Positions 33,187-40,758 of a stretch of DNA of 64,000 bases are shown here, one piece after another. Each line of letters starts with the position of its first letter. The first letter of the stretch is position 1. The position numbers and the translations under genes were made by a program. The notes beneath the pieces were generated by a model that was not told the DNA's origin, searched no databases, and saw only the letters and a program-made list of their open reading frames with translations. Source of the stretch: an uncultured Thermoleophilia bacterium (GTDB taxonomy: Bacteria > Actinomycetota > Thermoleophilia > UBA2241); assembly GCA_963699725.1 (NCBI GenBank), contig CAVOVA010000008.1, positions 48,349-112,348 on the forward strand, read 5' to 3'.

Positions 33187-34263
33187 ATGGCAGAAGATGA
33201 CTTTGAGGCACAGGTAGAAGACTACATTCGAAAGTTCCCGTACCAGAACACGCATGCCTACGCCATGCAGTTCACCGGCGGAGACGCCAGAAAGCTGAAC
33301 AAATGGGGCCAGGCAGCGCGGGACCTGCTTAAGGCCGGTGAGGACAAGATCGTCCGGAGCAACAACGACACCCTCTACAAGACGGCGTTCGTCTATCTCG
33401 GGGATGGGCCGGTGGTGCTTCGATCGGATTCGCCTTCGAAGGAGCGATTCAGCTCGTTTCAGCTACAGGATGACCGGAATGCGAACTACCGCAACATCAT
33501 CGGTCCGGACGGTAGCTATACGCTCTACCATGGCGAGAAACCCGAGACCGTCACGGGAGAGGCTGTTGAGGTGCCGTCGCTCCTGTCCGCTGTCGTCACG
33601 CGGATTGAAGTGAAGGATCAGAATGACGCTGCCGACATGGCGGGCGCACAAGCTGTTTTCGACGGCATCACGATTGACGGTCCGACAATCGGCGAGATGC
33701 CCTCAGTCGATCTCCTGAGCGGTTTCGACGAGCGGGTGGAGCAGGAAGCCAACAGGCGCATGGATGAGACGGCGGGGTCCGTGCCGTTTACGAAGATGAT
33801 CGTCGGACCAGGCCAGGAGCCCGGCAAGGACGTCCCCTATCTCTACCACTCTGCCGGCACCAAGGTGGGCTGGGGGGGACCATCAACCTCGCACAGCGCC
33901 TACGATTCGATGTTCACCGACGAGTCCGGTGAGACCCTTGATGGCTGGAAGGGCGAGTACGTGCTGACTACGGAGGCGCCTCCGGTCAACGCCTTCTGGT
34001 CGGTCACTGCCTATGACTCCACTACCGGTCGTTTCCACCCCAACGACGACAACCGCTACCACATCAACAACACGACGGCCGTCAAGAATGAGGACGGCTC
34101 CTTCACGTTCCGTTTCAAGGTGAAGTGCGAAGACGGCGACCAGAATTGCCTCAAGGTTCCCGCCGGGCCGTTCGACGTGGCCGCACGCTACTACCTTCCG
34201 AAGCCGGAGATCATGAGTGGCGAGTGGACGATGTCGAAGCTGGTTCTAAAGAAGCCCGGCTGA
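33187..34263 (+). CDS. DUF1254/DUF1214 two-domain protein, reverse-oriented in its cassette
   Basis: Start trimmed to MAEDDFEAQ. VRSNNDTLYKTAFV (DUF1254-type) and PVNAFWSVTAYD...RF.PN..NRY.IN (DUF1214-type) motifs; clearly more A/T-rich than the flanks. Confidence 0.8.
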   Translation: MAEDDFEAQVEDYIRKFPYQNTHAYAMQFTGGDARKLNKWGQAARDLLKAGEDKIVRSNNDTLYKTAFVYLGDGPVVLRSDSPSKERFSSFQLQDDRNANYRNIIGPDGSYTLYHGEKPETVTGEAVEVPSLLSAVVTRIEVKDQNDAADMAGAQAVFDGITIDGPTIGEMPSVDLLSGFDERVEQEANRRMDETAGSVPFTKMIVGPGQEPGKDVPYLYHSAGTKVGWGGPSTSHSAYDSMFTDESGETLDGWKGEYVLTTEAPPVNAFWSVTAYDSTTGRFHPNDDNRYHINNTTAVKNEDGSFTFRFKVKCEDGDQNCLKVPAGPFDVAARYYLPKPEIMSGEWTMSKLVLKKPG

Positions 34264-34348
34264 TTGCCAGGAAACCGCCACCCCGATCGTGCGTCTCCGT
34301 CGGCGTCGGCTTCACCGAGGCTGCCAGTTCTCCCCTCCGGCTGCGTGC

Positions 34349-34438
34349 GTCTAACGCACCGCGGATAAGCTGCGAGCGCGCCGGCCTCCCGCGAGGCCGC
34401 CTGCGCTGCGGCGAGTCAGCTTGATCCGCTTGTTAGGC
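34349..34438 (-). repeat. attC site (family A)
   Basis: GTCTAAC GCACCGCGGATAAGCTGCGAGCGCGCCGGCCTCCCGCGAGGCCGCCTGCGCTGCGGCGAGTCAGCTTGATCCGCTT GTTAGGC; the ankyrin TAA stop lies in the right core. Confidence 0.9.
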
Positions 34439-34855
34439 GGATGGCCGACGACCGTCCCCTGCCGCCACGAGCAGCTGATAGACCGCCGGGCCATCCCCAC
34501 GCTTGCGGTCCCTCGCCTTGTCCAATGCGCTGAGCTGCATCCAGCCGCGAATCGTGGGGTCGGCTCCGGCGTCGACCAGAAGCTTCGCCATCTGCAGTGA
34601 GCAGGTGGCTGCCACCTCGCCGAGTGGCGTGTTGCCGATCACGCTCTCGTCATGCGCGTTGACGTCGGCACCAGACTGGATCAGATACGCCGCAACATCG
34701 ATGTGATCGTTCTCGACCGCGTAGTGTAGAGGGGTCTTGCCCAGATCATCGATGGCGTCGACGGGATGTCCGAGGGCGACGAGCTGGCGTACCGCCTTGA
34801 GATCGCCCGACTGGGCGAGGAAATGGAGTTGTGCGCCCTCGAACTGCGAGTCCAT
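34433..34855 (-). CDS. ankyrin-repeat protein
   Basis: Trimmed to MDSQFEG. Three ANK units: G.TPLHYAVENDHIDVAAYLIQSGADVNA, GNTPLGEVAATCSLQMAKLLVDAGADP. Confidence 0.8.
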   Translation of the reverse strand: MDSQFEGAQLHFLAQSGDLKAVRQLVALGHPVDAIDDLGKTPLHYAVENDHIDVAAYLIQSGADVNAHDESVIGNTPLGEVAATCSLQMAKLLVDAGADPTIRGWMQLSALDKARDRKRGDGPAVYQLLVAAGDGRRPSA

Positions 34856-34863
34856 TGTGTTCC

Positions 34864-34953
34864 GCCTAACGTTGTTGCGCATGAGCTGCGCGGGTTCCGG
34901 ATACCGCGAAGCGGGGCGCGCTTTGGCGCGTCAGCTCGATGCGCTTGTTCGCC
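34864..34953 (-). repeat. attC site (family D)
   Basis: GCCTAAC GTTGTTGCGCATGAGCTGCGCGGG ... GCGCTTTGGCGCGTCAGCTCGATGCGCTT GTTCGCC. Confidence 0.85.
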
Positions 34954-35108
34954 CGACGGTTGGTCACGAATCGACTGGCGGGCCGTCAGGATCGCTCGCT
35001 CCAACTCTGGCACCTCGTGGGAATACATGAGGTACGCGCCCCCGAGGTCGCGTACCAGCACCGGCTTGCGGGAGCGGCGGACAACGAAGCGAGAGAGGAG
35101 GGGTAGCG

Positions 35109-35588
35109 ATGCTCGGAGTGGGTGACGAATCTCCGGCGATGGTCGTCAGGTCGCACGATGGCCGGGAAGTCGATCTTGGCGCTCCAGGGCGGCGCACAGC
35201 ACTGTGGTTCTCCCCGAAAGGCGGGCGCTTTGACGAGTACTTCGACAGGCTCATACCGAGCTTGAGTGGGTGAACGATCGTAGCCGCTGAGTTCAGCGGC
35301 CTGCACGACAGGTTCGAGGCTCTCGACGTTCAGATCGTCGGATCGACGGTCGACAAGCCGGAGATACACACAAAGTGGGCGGCCAGGCGCGGGGTGGACT
35401 TCCCGATAATCGACGACTCTGACTGGGCTGTCTCGAAGGCCTTCGGCGTGGCGCGACCGCTCGGTGGCCTGAAATCCGTCACCTTTCTCATCGACCCCGA
35501 CGGCACGTTGCGTGGGGTATATCCCAAGCGAAAGGACAAGGGGCACGCGGCGATAGTGCTTGAAGGCTGTCGGGGCATCTGGGGCTAG
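35109..35588 (+). CDS. BCP/PrxQ-type peroxiredoxin with in-frame TGA (35271-35273) at the peroxidatic-Cys position: candidate selenoprotein or pseudogene
   Basis: GAGGAGGGG then ATG 35109. ...SLSG[TGA]TIVAAEFSGLHDRFEALDVQIVGSTVDKPEIHTKWAARRGVDFPIIDDSDWAVSKAFGV aligns gap-free with E. coli BCP GCTVQACGLRDNMDELKKAGVDVLGISTDKPEKLSRFAEKELLNFTLLSDED..FGV (from memory). Same frame both sides of the TGA. Confidence 0.5.
35283..35300 (+). other. SECIS-like hairpin 9 nt downstream of the in-frame TGA
   Basis: GCCGCUG-AGUU-CAGCGGC: 7-bp G/C-rich stem with a 4-nt loop containing GU; loop G/U sit ~21-22 nt from the U of UGA. Confidence 0.35.
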
Positions 35589-35616
35589 AGCCCATCGCTG
35601 CGATGCGCCCCGTTCG

Positions 35617-35706
35617 GGCGAACGCACCGCGGATAAGCTGCGAGCGCGACGGCCTCCTGTGAGGCCGCCGGCGCTGCGGCGAGTCAGCTTCATCCGCTTG
35701 TTCGAA
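35617..35706 (-). repeat. attC site (family A)
   Basis: GGCGAAC GCACCGCGGATAAGCTGCGAGCGCGACGGCCTCCTGTGAGGCCGCCGGCGCTGCGGCGAGTCAGCTTCATCCGCTT GTTCGAA. Confidence 0.9.
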
Positions 35707-35755
35707 GCACCGCCACTACCCTTGCAGCCCCTGCACCGCACCTCGTACAAGTGGT

Positions 35756-35914
35756 TCAATCGACCTGGTTCCGCTCGCGCTCCAATCGCTCGAGTCGGTC
35801 GTCGATCACGTTGAGGCCGCGAATCACTTCGTTCATGCCTCTGCGCACGGAGTAGAAGACGCCGCCAATCCATACGAGAGCGATGCAGATTAGGACAACG
35901 ATGATGATCTCCAC
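35756..35914 (-). CDS. 52-aa single-pass membrane protein (below ORF-track cutoff), sole ORF of a 234-bp cassette
   Basis: GTG 35914: VEIIIVVLICIALVWIGGVFYSVRRGMNEVIRGLNVIDDRLERLERERNQVD. An N-terminal TM helix is followed by a charged helix. Confidence 0.5.
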   Translation of the reverse strand: MEIIIVVLICIALVWIGGVFYSVRRGMNEVIRGLNVIDDRLERLERERNQVD

Positions 35915-35940
35915 GACTGACGCCCCCTCAGGTCGGTTGC

Positions 35941-36030
35941 TTCGAACGCACCGTGGATAAGCTGCGAGCGCTCACGCCACGAAGTGTACCGTAGAGCTGC
36001 CGGCGAGCCAGCTTGATCCGCTTGTTAGAG
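35941..36030 (-). repeat. attC site (family A-like)
   Basis: TTCGAAC GCACCGTGGATAAGCTGCGAGCGCTCACGCC ... GCTGCCGGCGAGCCAGCTTGATCCGCTT GTTAGAG. Confidence 0.9.
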
Positions 36031-36040
36031 CTGCCGACGC

Positions 36041-36454
36041 TCATCGCGCCTGCGTCGCGCTTGGTCGGGGCCGCGTCAGCAACTGCAGGAGGGAGAGCGC
36101 AACGAGGCACAGCGGGGCAACCATGAGCTCGCCGAACCCCCAGGTGACGAGGTAGTAGAGGCCGATCGCGCTGAGGACGAGGCCGCAGGCCAGGAGGATG
36201 CTCCAGGTCACGCTGCCGCCGCGCCTCGTGAGCGCGAGCACGACCGCAGCCGCGTAGGCGACCGCCGGCGCTAGGCTGATGGCGAGGTTGATGATGTAGT
36301 ACCGCAACGACTGGTCTGCGACGCCGAGCTCCCACACCGCCATGCGGACGAGGACGACCACCGCGGCCGCGAGGACGACCACCAGCAGCCAGCGCAAAGC
36401 GACCAACGCCCCTGACGCGCCGGCTCCGACCCTGTCTCCTTGTGCCTGCATCAC
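36041..36454 (-). CDS. hypothetical polytopic membrane protein (cassette ORF)
   Basis: 137 aa, four hydrophobic helices (LVALRWLLVVVLAAAVVVLV.., YYIINLAISLAPAVAYAAAVVLAL..). Confidence 0.6.
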   Translation of the reverse strand: MMQAQGDRVGAGASGALVALRWLLVVVLAAAVVVLVRMAVWELGVADQSLRYYIINLAISLAPAVAYAAAVVLALTRRGGSVTWSILLACGLVLSAIGLYYLVTWGFGELMVAPLCLVALSLLQLLTRPRPSATQAR

Positions 36455-36471
36455 GCCCCCAGCGCTGCTAG

Positions 36472-36558
36472 CTCTAACGCACCGCGCATGAGCAGACGCG
36501 GCTGACCTGCCGGTTCACGGCAGACCTTCTGGCGTTCTGCTCGATGCGCTTGTTGGAC
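36472..36558 (-). repeat. attC site (family B)
   Basis: CTCTAAC GCACCGCGCATGAGCAGACGCGGCTGACCTGCCGGTTCACGGCAGACCTTCTGGCGTTCTGCTCGATGCGCTT GTTGGAC. Confidence 0.9.
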
Positions 36559-36569
36559 CGCACCGTGAT

Positions 36570-37763
36570 TCATGTCGAGTGTAGTGGCGCTCGCTTCGAT
36601 GCGAGCCTGTCGAGCAGCGCGACACCGTACTCGGGCCCCGGCAGAGCGGCGATCTCATCCCGAAGGCGCACCGCGGGCCCTCGGAAGCCGTCGTCGGCAA
36701 GCACGCGCGACACTGCTGCGCGTACCATCTCCGGCGTTGCGCTCAGAGCGTCGAGCACCTCCGCGACTCCCAGCGCCCGGCATCGCGCCGCATTGAGCGG
36801 CTGGTCTGCCCCGATTGGGATCAACACCATCGGTAGCCCGTGCGCCAAGGCTCCCAGGACGCTGCCCGAGCCGGCGTGCGACACAACCAGGTCACAGTGA
36901 GGCAGGAGCGCCGACTGAGGCACGAACCGCTCGATGTGAACGTTGGCCGCCTGCCGACCCAACTCATCCGGGTCGAGGTTTCGTCCCACCGTGACGATGA
37001 GGTTGATCGGCAGGTCGCGGAGTCCCGCCAGCACGCGCTGGAATAGGTCGCCGGACTCCAGGTTGTAGACCGTGCCGAGCGTGAGGTACACGGTCGGCGC
37101 GCGGTGTCGGCGGGCCAGCCACGGGAGATCGGCTTCGTTGCTTGTCGCGTCGAAGCTGACCAGGCGCACGTGATGTGCCGTGGGCGGCGAAGGAAGGTCG
37201 GGGTCGCGGAGGCTCGGCGGAAAGGGCGTGAGAAGGAGATAGCGGCTGAGCATGGCGAGGCTGGGATCGCGGGGCAGACCGTGTTCAGCGCGGACTTCAT
37301 CCAGCGGGCCGGCGACGAACTCGTTGCGCACGAAGGCGCCGGTGGCGCTGACGAGCACCGTCGCGTACGGCAGTCCGAGCCGCTCGGCGACGAGCATCGC
37401 GCCGAAGTCAAATTCCTCACACACGAGGAGGTCGGGTCGCCACTCGGCGCACAGCGAGAGGATGTCGGCTGTCCGCTCGCGCGCGATCCGATGACCGAAG
37501 CCGCTACCCACATCACGCATGTCCTGGTCCAGATTCACCTCGGCCAGCGGCAACCGTTCTGGCGTGAGGCCGGCATCTGATCCGGCGGGGAATGCCAGGA
37601 ATCCGGCGGCCTCGACCTGGGGGGTCATCCAGGGGCGGCCTGCGAAGGCGACTGAGTGACGCTCCGTCTCTGCCGCGCGGGCCAGGGGGATGAGCGGCTC
37701 CAAGTGCCCGCTGCCACCCGCGAAGGTGAAGAGCATGCGCTTGGGGATTGGTCTTCCGTGCAT
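36570..37763 (-). CDS. GT1-family UDP-glycosyltransferase (macrolide/MGT-like)
   Basis: FAGGSGHLEPLIPLARA N-terminus and C-terminal donor motif VPQSALLPHCDLVVSHAGSGSVLGALAHGLPMVLIPIGADQPLNA. Confidence 0.8.
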   Translation of the reverse strand: MHGRPIPKRMLFTFAGGSGHLEPLIPLARAAETERHSVAFAGRPWMTPQVEAAGFLAFPAGSDAGLTPERLPLAEVNLDQDMRDVGSGFGHRIARERTADILSLCAEWRPDLLVCEEFDFGAMLVAERLGLPYATVLVSATGAFVRNEFVAGPLDEVRAEHGLPRDPSLAMLSRYLLLTPFPPSLRDPDLPSPPTAHHVRLVSFDATSNEADLPWLARRHRAPTVYLTLGTVYNLESGDLFQRVLAGLRDLPINLIVTVGRNLDPDELGRQAANVHIERFVPQSALLPHCDLVVSHAGSGSVLGALAHGLPMVLIPIGADQPLNAARCRALGVAEVLDALSATPEMVRAAVSRVLADDGFRGPAVRLRDEIAALPGPEYGVALLDRLASKRAPLHST

Positions 37764-37786
37764 CCGAACACCGCGCCTTCGTGGCG

Positions 37787-37876
37787 GTCTAACGCCCGGC
37801 GCATAAGCTGCGAGCGCCTACGCTACGGCCTTCCACGTAGAGCTTACTGCGAGCCAGCTTGATGCGCTTGTTAGGC
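37787..37876 (-). repeat. attC site (family A-like)
   Basis: GTCTAAC GCCCGGCGCATAAGCTGCGAGCGCCTACGC ... AGCTTACTGCGAGCCAGCTTGATGCGCTT GTTAGGC. Confidence 0.9.
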
Positions 37877-37890
37877 GCGAACAACTCCGG

Positions 37891-38460
37891 TCACCCTTCG
37901 TCGAGAGAGGCTGGGGCGGGCGACGCGGCGGCGGGCGGCTGCGGAGCTGGCGCAGCGGCCTCGTCTCGCCAGAGGCGGCGGCTGAGCCGCTCCGAGAAGA
38001 AGACGAGGAGCAGGCCCACGCCCAGCTCGACGAGCGGGTAGACGCCGCCGTGGAGCCAGTTGATCCAGTGCCACGAGACCTGCGTCGTCATGCCGAAGCC
38101 GTCGCCGCTCGACGACTCGACGACGCCGTAGGTCGCCGCCTGGCACAGCCCGGGGACGGCGAGCGCGACGAGGACGACCCCGGCGACCAGCAGCGCGAGG
38201 CGCAGGACGATGCGCGCCTGCGGCGGCGAGCCCGGCGGTGAGTCGTCGAACCAGCGGGCGGCGAGGCGGCCGCCCCACAGGACGAGCGCGAGGCCGACGA
38301 GTAGCTGAACGAGCACCGTCGCCCAGGCCAGCAGTGTGACCACCAGCGGGGAGTCGGGGCCTTCGAGGGACCACAACATGGCCGTCTGGATGAGGCCGAG
38401 GGCGCCGACCATGACGAACAGGCCGACACACTTGAGCGCGACTGCGGCAAGGCCTCTCAC
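37891..38460 (-). CDS. hypothetical polytopic membrane protein with Ala/Pro-rich tail (cassette ORF)
   Basis: 189 aa, GTG start, 4-5 TM helices; no family recognised. Confidence 0.55.
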   Translation of the reverse strand: MRGLAAVALKCVGLFVMVGALGLIQTAMLWSLEGPDSPLVVTLLAWATVLVQLLVGLALVLWGGRLAARWFDDSPPGSPPQARIVLRLALLVAGVVLVALAVPGLCQAATYGVVESSSGDGFGMTTQVSWHWINWLHGGVYPLVELGVGLLLVFFSERLSRRLWRDEAAAPAPQPPAAASPAPASLDEG

Positions 38461-38474
38461 TGCGCCCCCTCTGC

Positions 38475-38564
38475 GCCTAACGCACCGCGCGTAACCTGCG
38501 CGGGCTGCGGTCCCAAGTTACTACAGGAACCGTCGGCCGCGTCAGGTTGACGCGCTTGTTGGGC
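38475..38564 (-). repeat. attC site (family C)
   Basis: GCCTAAC GCACCGCGCGTAACCTGCGCGGGCTGCGGTCCCAAGTTACTACAGGAACCGTCGGCCGCGTCAGGTTGACGCGCTT GTTGGGC. Confidence 0.9.
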
Positions 38565-38577
38565 ATGGGTTTCACCC

Positions 38578-39642
38578 TCACTGGACCACGGCAATGTCTC
38601 CGGCGTAGGGCATCGCTGCCGAGTCGAGTTGTGCCTGACGCTGCCAGGTCCGCCCGCCGTCGTTAGTGCCGTAGACGACGCAGCCGCTCGACTCGTCGTT
38701 CACCCGCCAGCCGGTGCTCGCGTCGGCGAAGGCGAGGCGGGACCCGCCCTGGCCGCGGATGCGCAGCCAGTGGGCGCCGCCGTCCACGCTGCGGTAGAGG
38801 TCGCCGCCGGCGAGAGCCCAGACGTGATGGTCATCAGTAGCGCAGAGGTCGTCGATGCCGACGCCGGTCGTCTCCAGCTGGCGCTTCCACGTGCGACCGC
38901 CGTCGCTGCTCACGAGCACGGCGCCGGCGACTTCGTCGGGCTGGGGCTGGGCGGTGATGCTGCCCGCCACCCAGACGCGGTCAGTGGCCGCGGCGACCTG
39001 GCCGAACGACAAGGCGCTGCGTGCGGGGACCTCGCGGACCTGCACGGTCCAGTGCAGGCCGCCGTCGCTCGTGCCGAGGACCTGCCAGCCGGCGGCAGCC
39101 CAACCGCGTGAGGCATCGGCGAAGTCGATGGCGTGGACCCGGGCCGGGGACGACCCGGGGGCGAGGAACGCCTGGGTCCTCTCCCAGTCGCCACCGCCGT
39201 CCACGGTCCGCAGTGCGGCGCCGGCGCCGACCGTCCAGGCTTCATCCGGAGCCAGGCAGGCAACCGAGGTCAGGGATCGCTCCGAGCCCTCGAGGCCTGA
39301 GGTCTGCTCCTGCCAGTTTGCACCGCCGTCCGACGTGCAGAGGATGGTGCCGTCGGTGCCGACCGCGAAGCCCGAGCGGTCGGACGCGAAGTCTGCGGCC
39401 AAGAGGGTCGCCTGCGTACCGGAGGTACTCTGTTGCCAGTGCTCGCCGTCGATGGTGAGGAAGACGGCTCCCGCGTCACCCACCACGCACGCGAGCGGGG
39501 TCAGCGCCGCCTGCGAGGAGGTCGGATTCGGGGCGGGAGGAGGCGCCTCGCCGCCGCAGGCCGAGAGCCCGACAGCAGCGGCAGCGGTGAACAGCAGCGC
39601 GAATGACGCGAGCCAACGAGCAGTGACGAGACGAGCCCCCAT
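38578..39642 (-). CDS. BNR/Asp-box repeat beta-propeller lipoprotein (Ycf48/sialidase-like fold)
   Basis: Trimmed to MGARLVTARWL..LSAC lipobox. Six Asp-boxes: TSDGGANW, TVDGGGDW, TSDGGLHW, SSDGGRTW, SVDGGAHW, TNDGGRTW. Confidence 0.8.
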   Translation of the reverse strand: MGARLVTARWLASFALLFTAAAAVGLSACGGEAPPPAPNPTSSQAALTPLACVVGDAGAVFLTIDGEHWQQSTSGTQATLLAADFASDRSGFAVGTDGTILCTSDGGANWQEQTSGLEGSERSLTSVACLAPDEAWTVGAGAALRTVDGGGDWERTQAFLAPGSSPARVHAIDFADASRGWAAAGWQVLGTSDGGLHWTVQVREVPARSALSFGQVAAATDRVWVAGSITAQPQPDEVAGAVLVSSDGGRTWKRQLETTGVGIDDLCATDDHHVWALAGGDLYRSVDGGAHWLRIRGQGGSRLAFADASTGWRVNDESSGCVVYGTNDGGRTWQRQAQLDSAAMPYAGDIAVVQ

Positions 39643-39654
39643 GACGCCCCCTAT

Positions 39655-39741
39655 GCCCAACGCACCGCGGATAAGCTGCGAGCGCCGCGGCTCTTCTTAG
39701 CCGCGACGCTTTGGCGAGCCAGCTTGATTCGCTTGTTGGGC
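39655..39741 (-). repeat. attC site (family A')
   Basis: GCCCAAC GCACCGCGGATAAGCTGCGAGCGCCGCGGCTCTT ... GCCGCGACGCTTTGGCGAGCCAGCTTGATTCGCTT GTTGGGC. Confidence 0.9.
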
Positions 39742-39763
39742 CGCAACCCCAGCATCGCTTCTC

Positions 39764-40165
39764 CTACGGAACCGGCGTCGGGGTGCCAGTGCTGTCCGAG
39801 AGCTTGGTCAAAGTCGTGGTGATGGGACTGCTCAGGCCCTCGCCGGATACGACGAAGTCGATGTGCTCGCCCGAGTCGTCGATGGCGAGGTCCATCTGCC
39901 CCTCCACGCTGCTGGTGACCAGCCCGGTGCCGCGCAGGTGACTCCCCTGGCGGTCGAGCATGGCGATCGACATGTAGTTCGACCCGCCGGGCGACCCCTG
40001 GAACAGCGTGTGCTTGCCGTCCTGCTCCGCGATGACGATGCGAACGTGGTCTCCCGATTCCATGCGCCATGTTCCGACGAAGGGGTCGGTCTGCGCGGGG
40101 GAGCCGCCACACGCTGCGAGCACCACCACCGCTCCGACGACCAACGCCATGACCACCGTCTTCAC
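39764..40165 (-). CDS. hypothetical lipoprotein (cassette ORF)
   Basis: GTG 40165: VKTVVMALVVGAVVVLAAC lipobox; lipocalin-sized soluble domain; the track start (TTG 40186) lies inside the attC core. Confidence 0.6.
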   Translation of the reverse strand: MKTVVMALVVGAVVVLAACGGSPAQTDPFVGTWRMESGDHVRIVIAEQDGKHTLFQGSPGGSNYMSIAMLDRQGSHLRGTGLVTSSVEGQMDLAIDDSGEHIDFVVSGEGLSSPITTTLTKLSDSTGTPTPVP

Positions 40166-40180
40166 GTTCGCCCCCTGTCG

Positions 40181-40270
40181 GCCCAACGCACCGCGCGTAA
40201 CCTGCGCGGGCTGCGGTCTGAGGTTACTACAGGAACCGTTGGGCGCGTCAGGTTGACGCGCTTGTTAGCC
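40181..40270 (-). repeat. attC site (family C)
   Basis: GCCCAAC GCACCGCGCGTAACCTGCGCGGGCTGCGGTCTGAGGTTACTACAGGAACCGTTGGGCGCGTCAGGTTGACGCGCTT GTTAGCC; the TAA stop of the upstream ORF lies in the right core. Confidence 0.9.
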
Positions 40271-40666
40271 AGTGGCGCCGACATTCTCCTCTGCGCAGTA
40301 GGCTCGAACGGCAGGCACGAAGAGCAGAACGGCTGCGACGAAGATGCTGGTCACGCCCACCGTGATGAAGTAGGCCCCGAACCGGAGTTCCCCGGACAAG
40401 AGGTCGATCAGGCCGAAGATCAGAGCCGGCGAGCCGAGCACGGAGAGGAGGCCGAGCAGCGAGCGAGCCCAGTTGGCGCCACGGTAGAGGAAGACGCAGA
40501 GTGCCAGGCTGACCAGGAGGCCGATCAGGGAGCCGGCAAGACCTCCCATGGGGGAGCCGGCGTGGAAGATGCGAGAGATGGGCCACTCCGCCAACACAAC
40601 GACGATCACCGCGATGACCCACACGCGACCTGCGTCCTTCCGTGGCATCCTCTGCACCCTCTGCAT
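40265..40666 (-). CDS. hypothetical polytopic membrane protein (cassette ORF)
   Basis: Trimmed to MQRVQRMPRK (or ATG 40648); four TM helices (VWVIAVIVVVLAEW.., LAGSLIGLLVSLALCVFLY..). Confidence 0.6.
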   Translation of the reverse strand: MQRVQRMPRKDAGRVWVIAVIVVVLAEWPISRIFHAGSPMGGLAGSLIGLLVSLALCVFLYRGANWARSLLGLLSVLGSPALIFGLIDLLSGELRFGAYFITVGVTSIFVAAVLLFVPAVRAYCAEENVGATG

Positions 40667-40668
40667 CT

Positions 40669-40758
40669 GGCTAACGCACCGCGGATAAGCTGCGAGCGCG
40701 CCGGCCTCCCGTGAGGCCGCCGGCGCTGCGGCGAGACAGCTTGATCCGCATGTTAGGA
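40669..40758 (-). repeat. attC site (family A)
   Basis: GGCTAAC GCACCGCGGATAAGCTGCGAGCGCGCCGGCCTCCCGTGAGGCCGCCGGCGCTGCGGCGAGACAGCTTGATCCGCAT GTTAGGA; the methyltransferase TAA stop lies in the right core. Confidence 0.9.

Noticed and set aside
34954-35061. Minus-strand ORF 34681..35061 upstream of, and divergent from, the peroxiredoxin.
   Set aside because: It crosses attC 34864..34953 and has no recognisable family. Only the first ~35 codons lie inside the cassette, so it is not reported as a gene.
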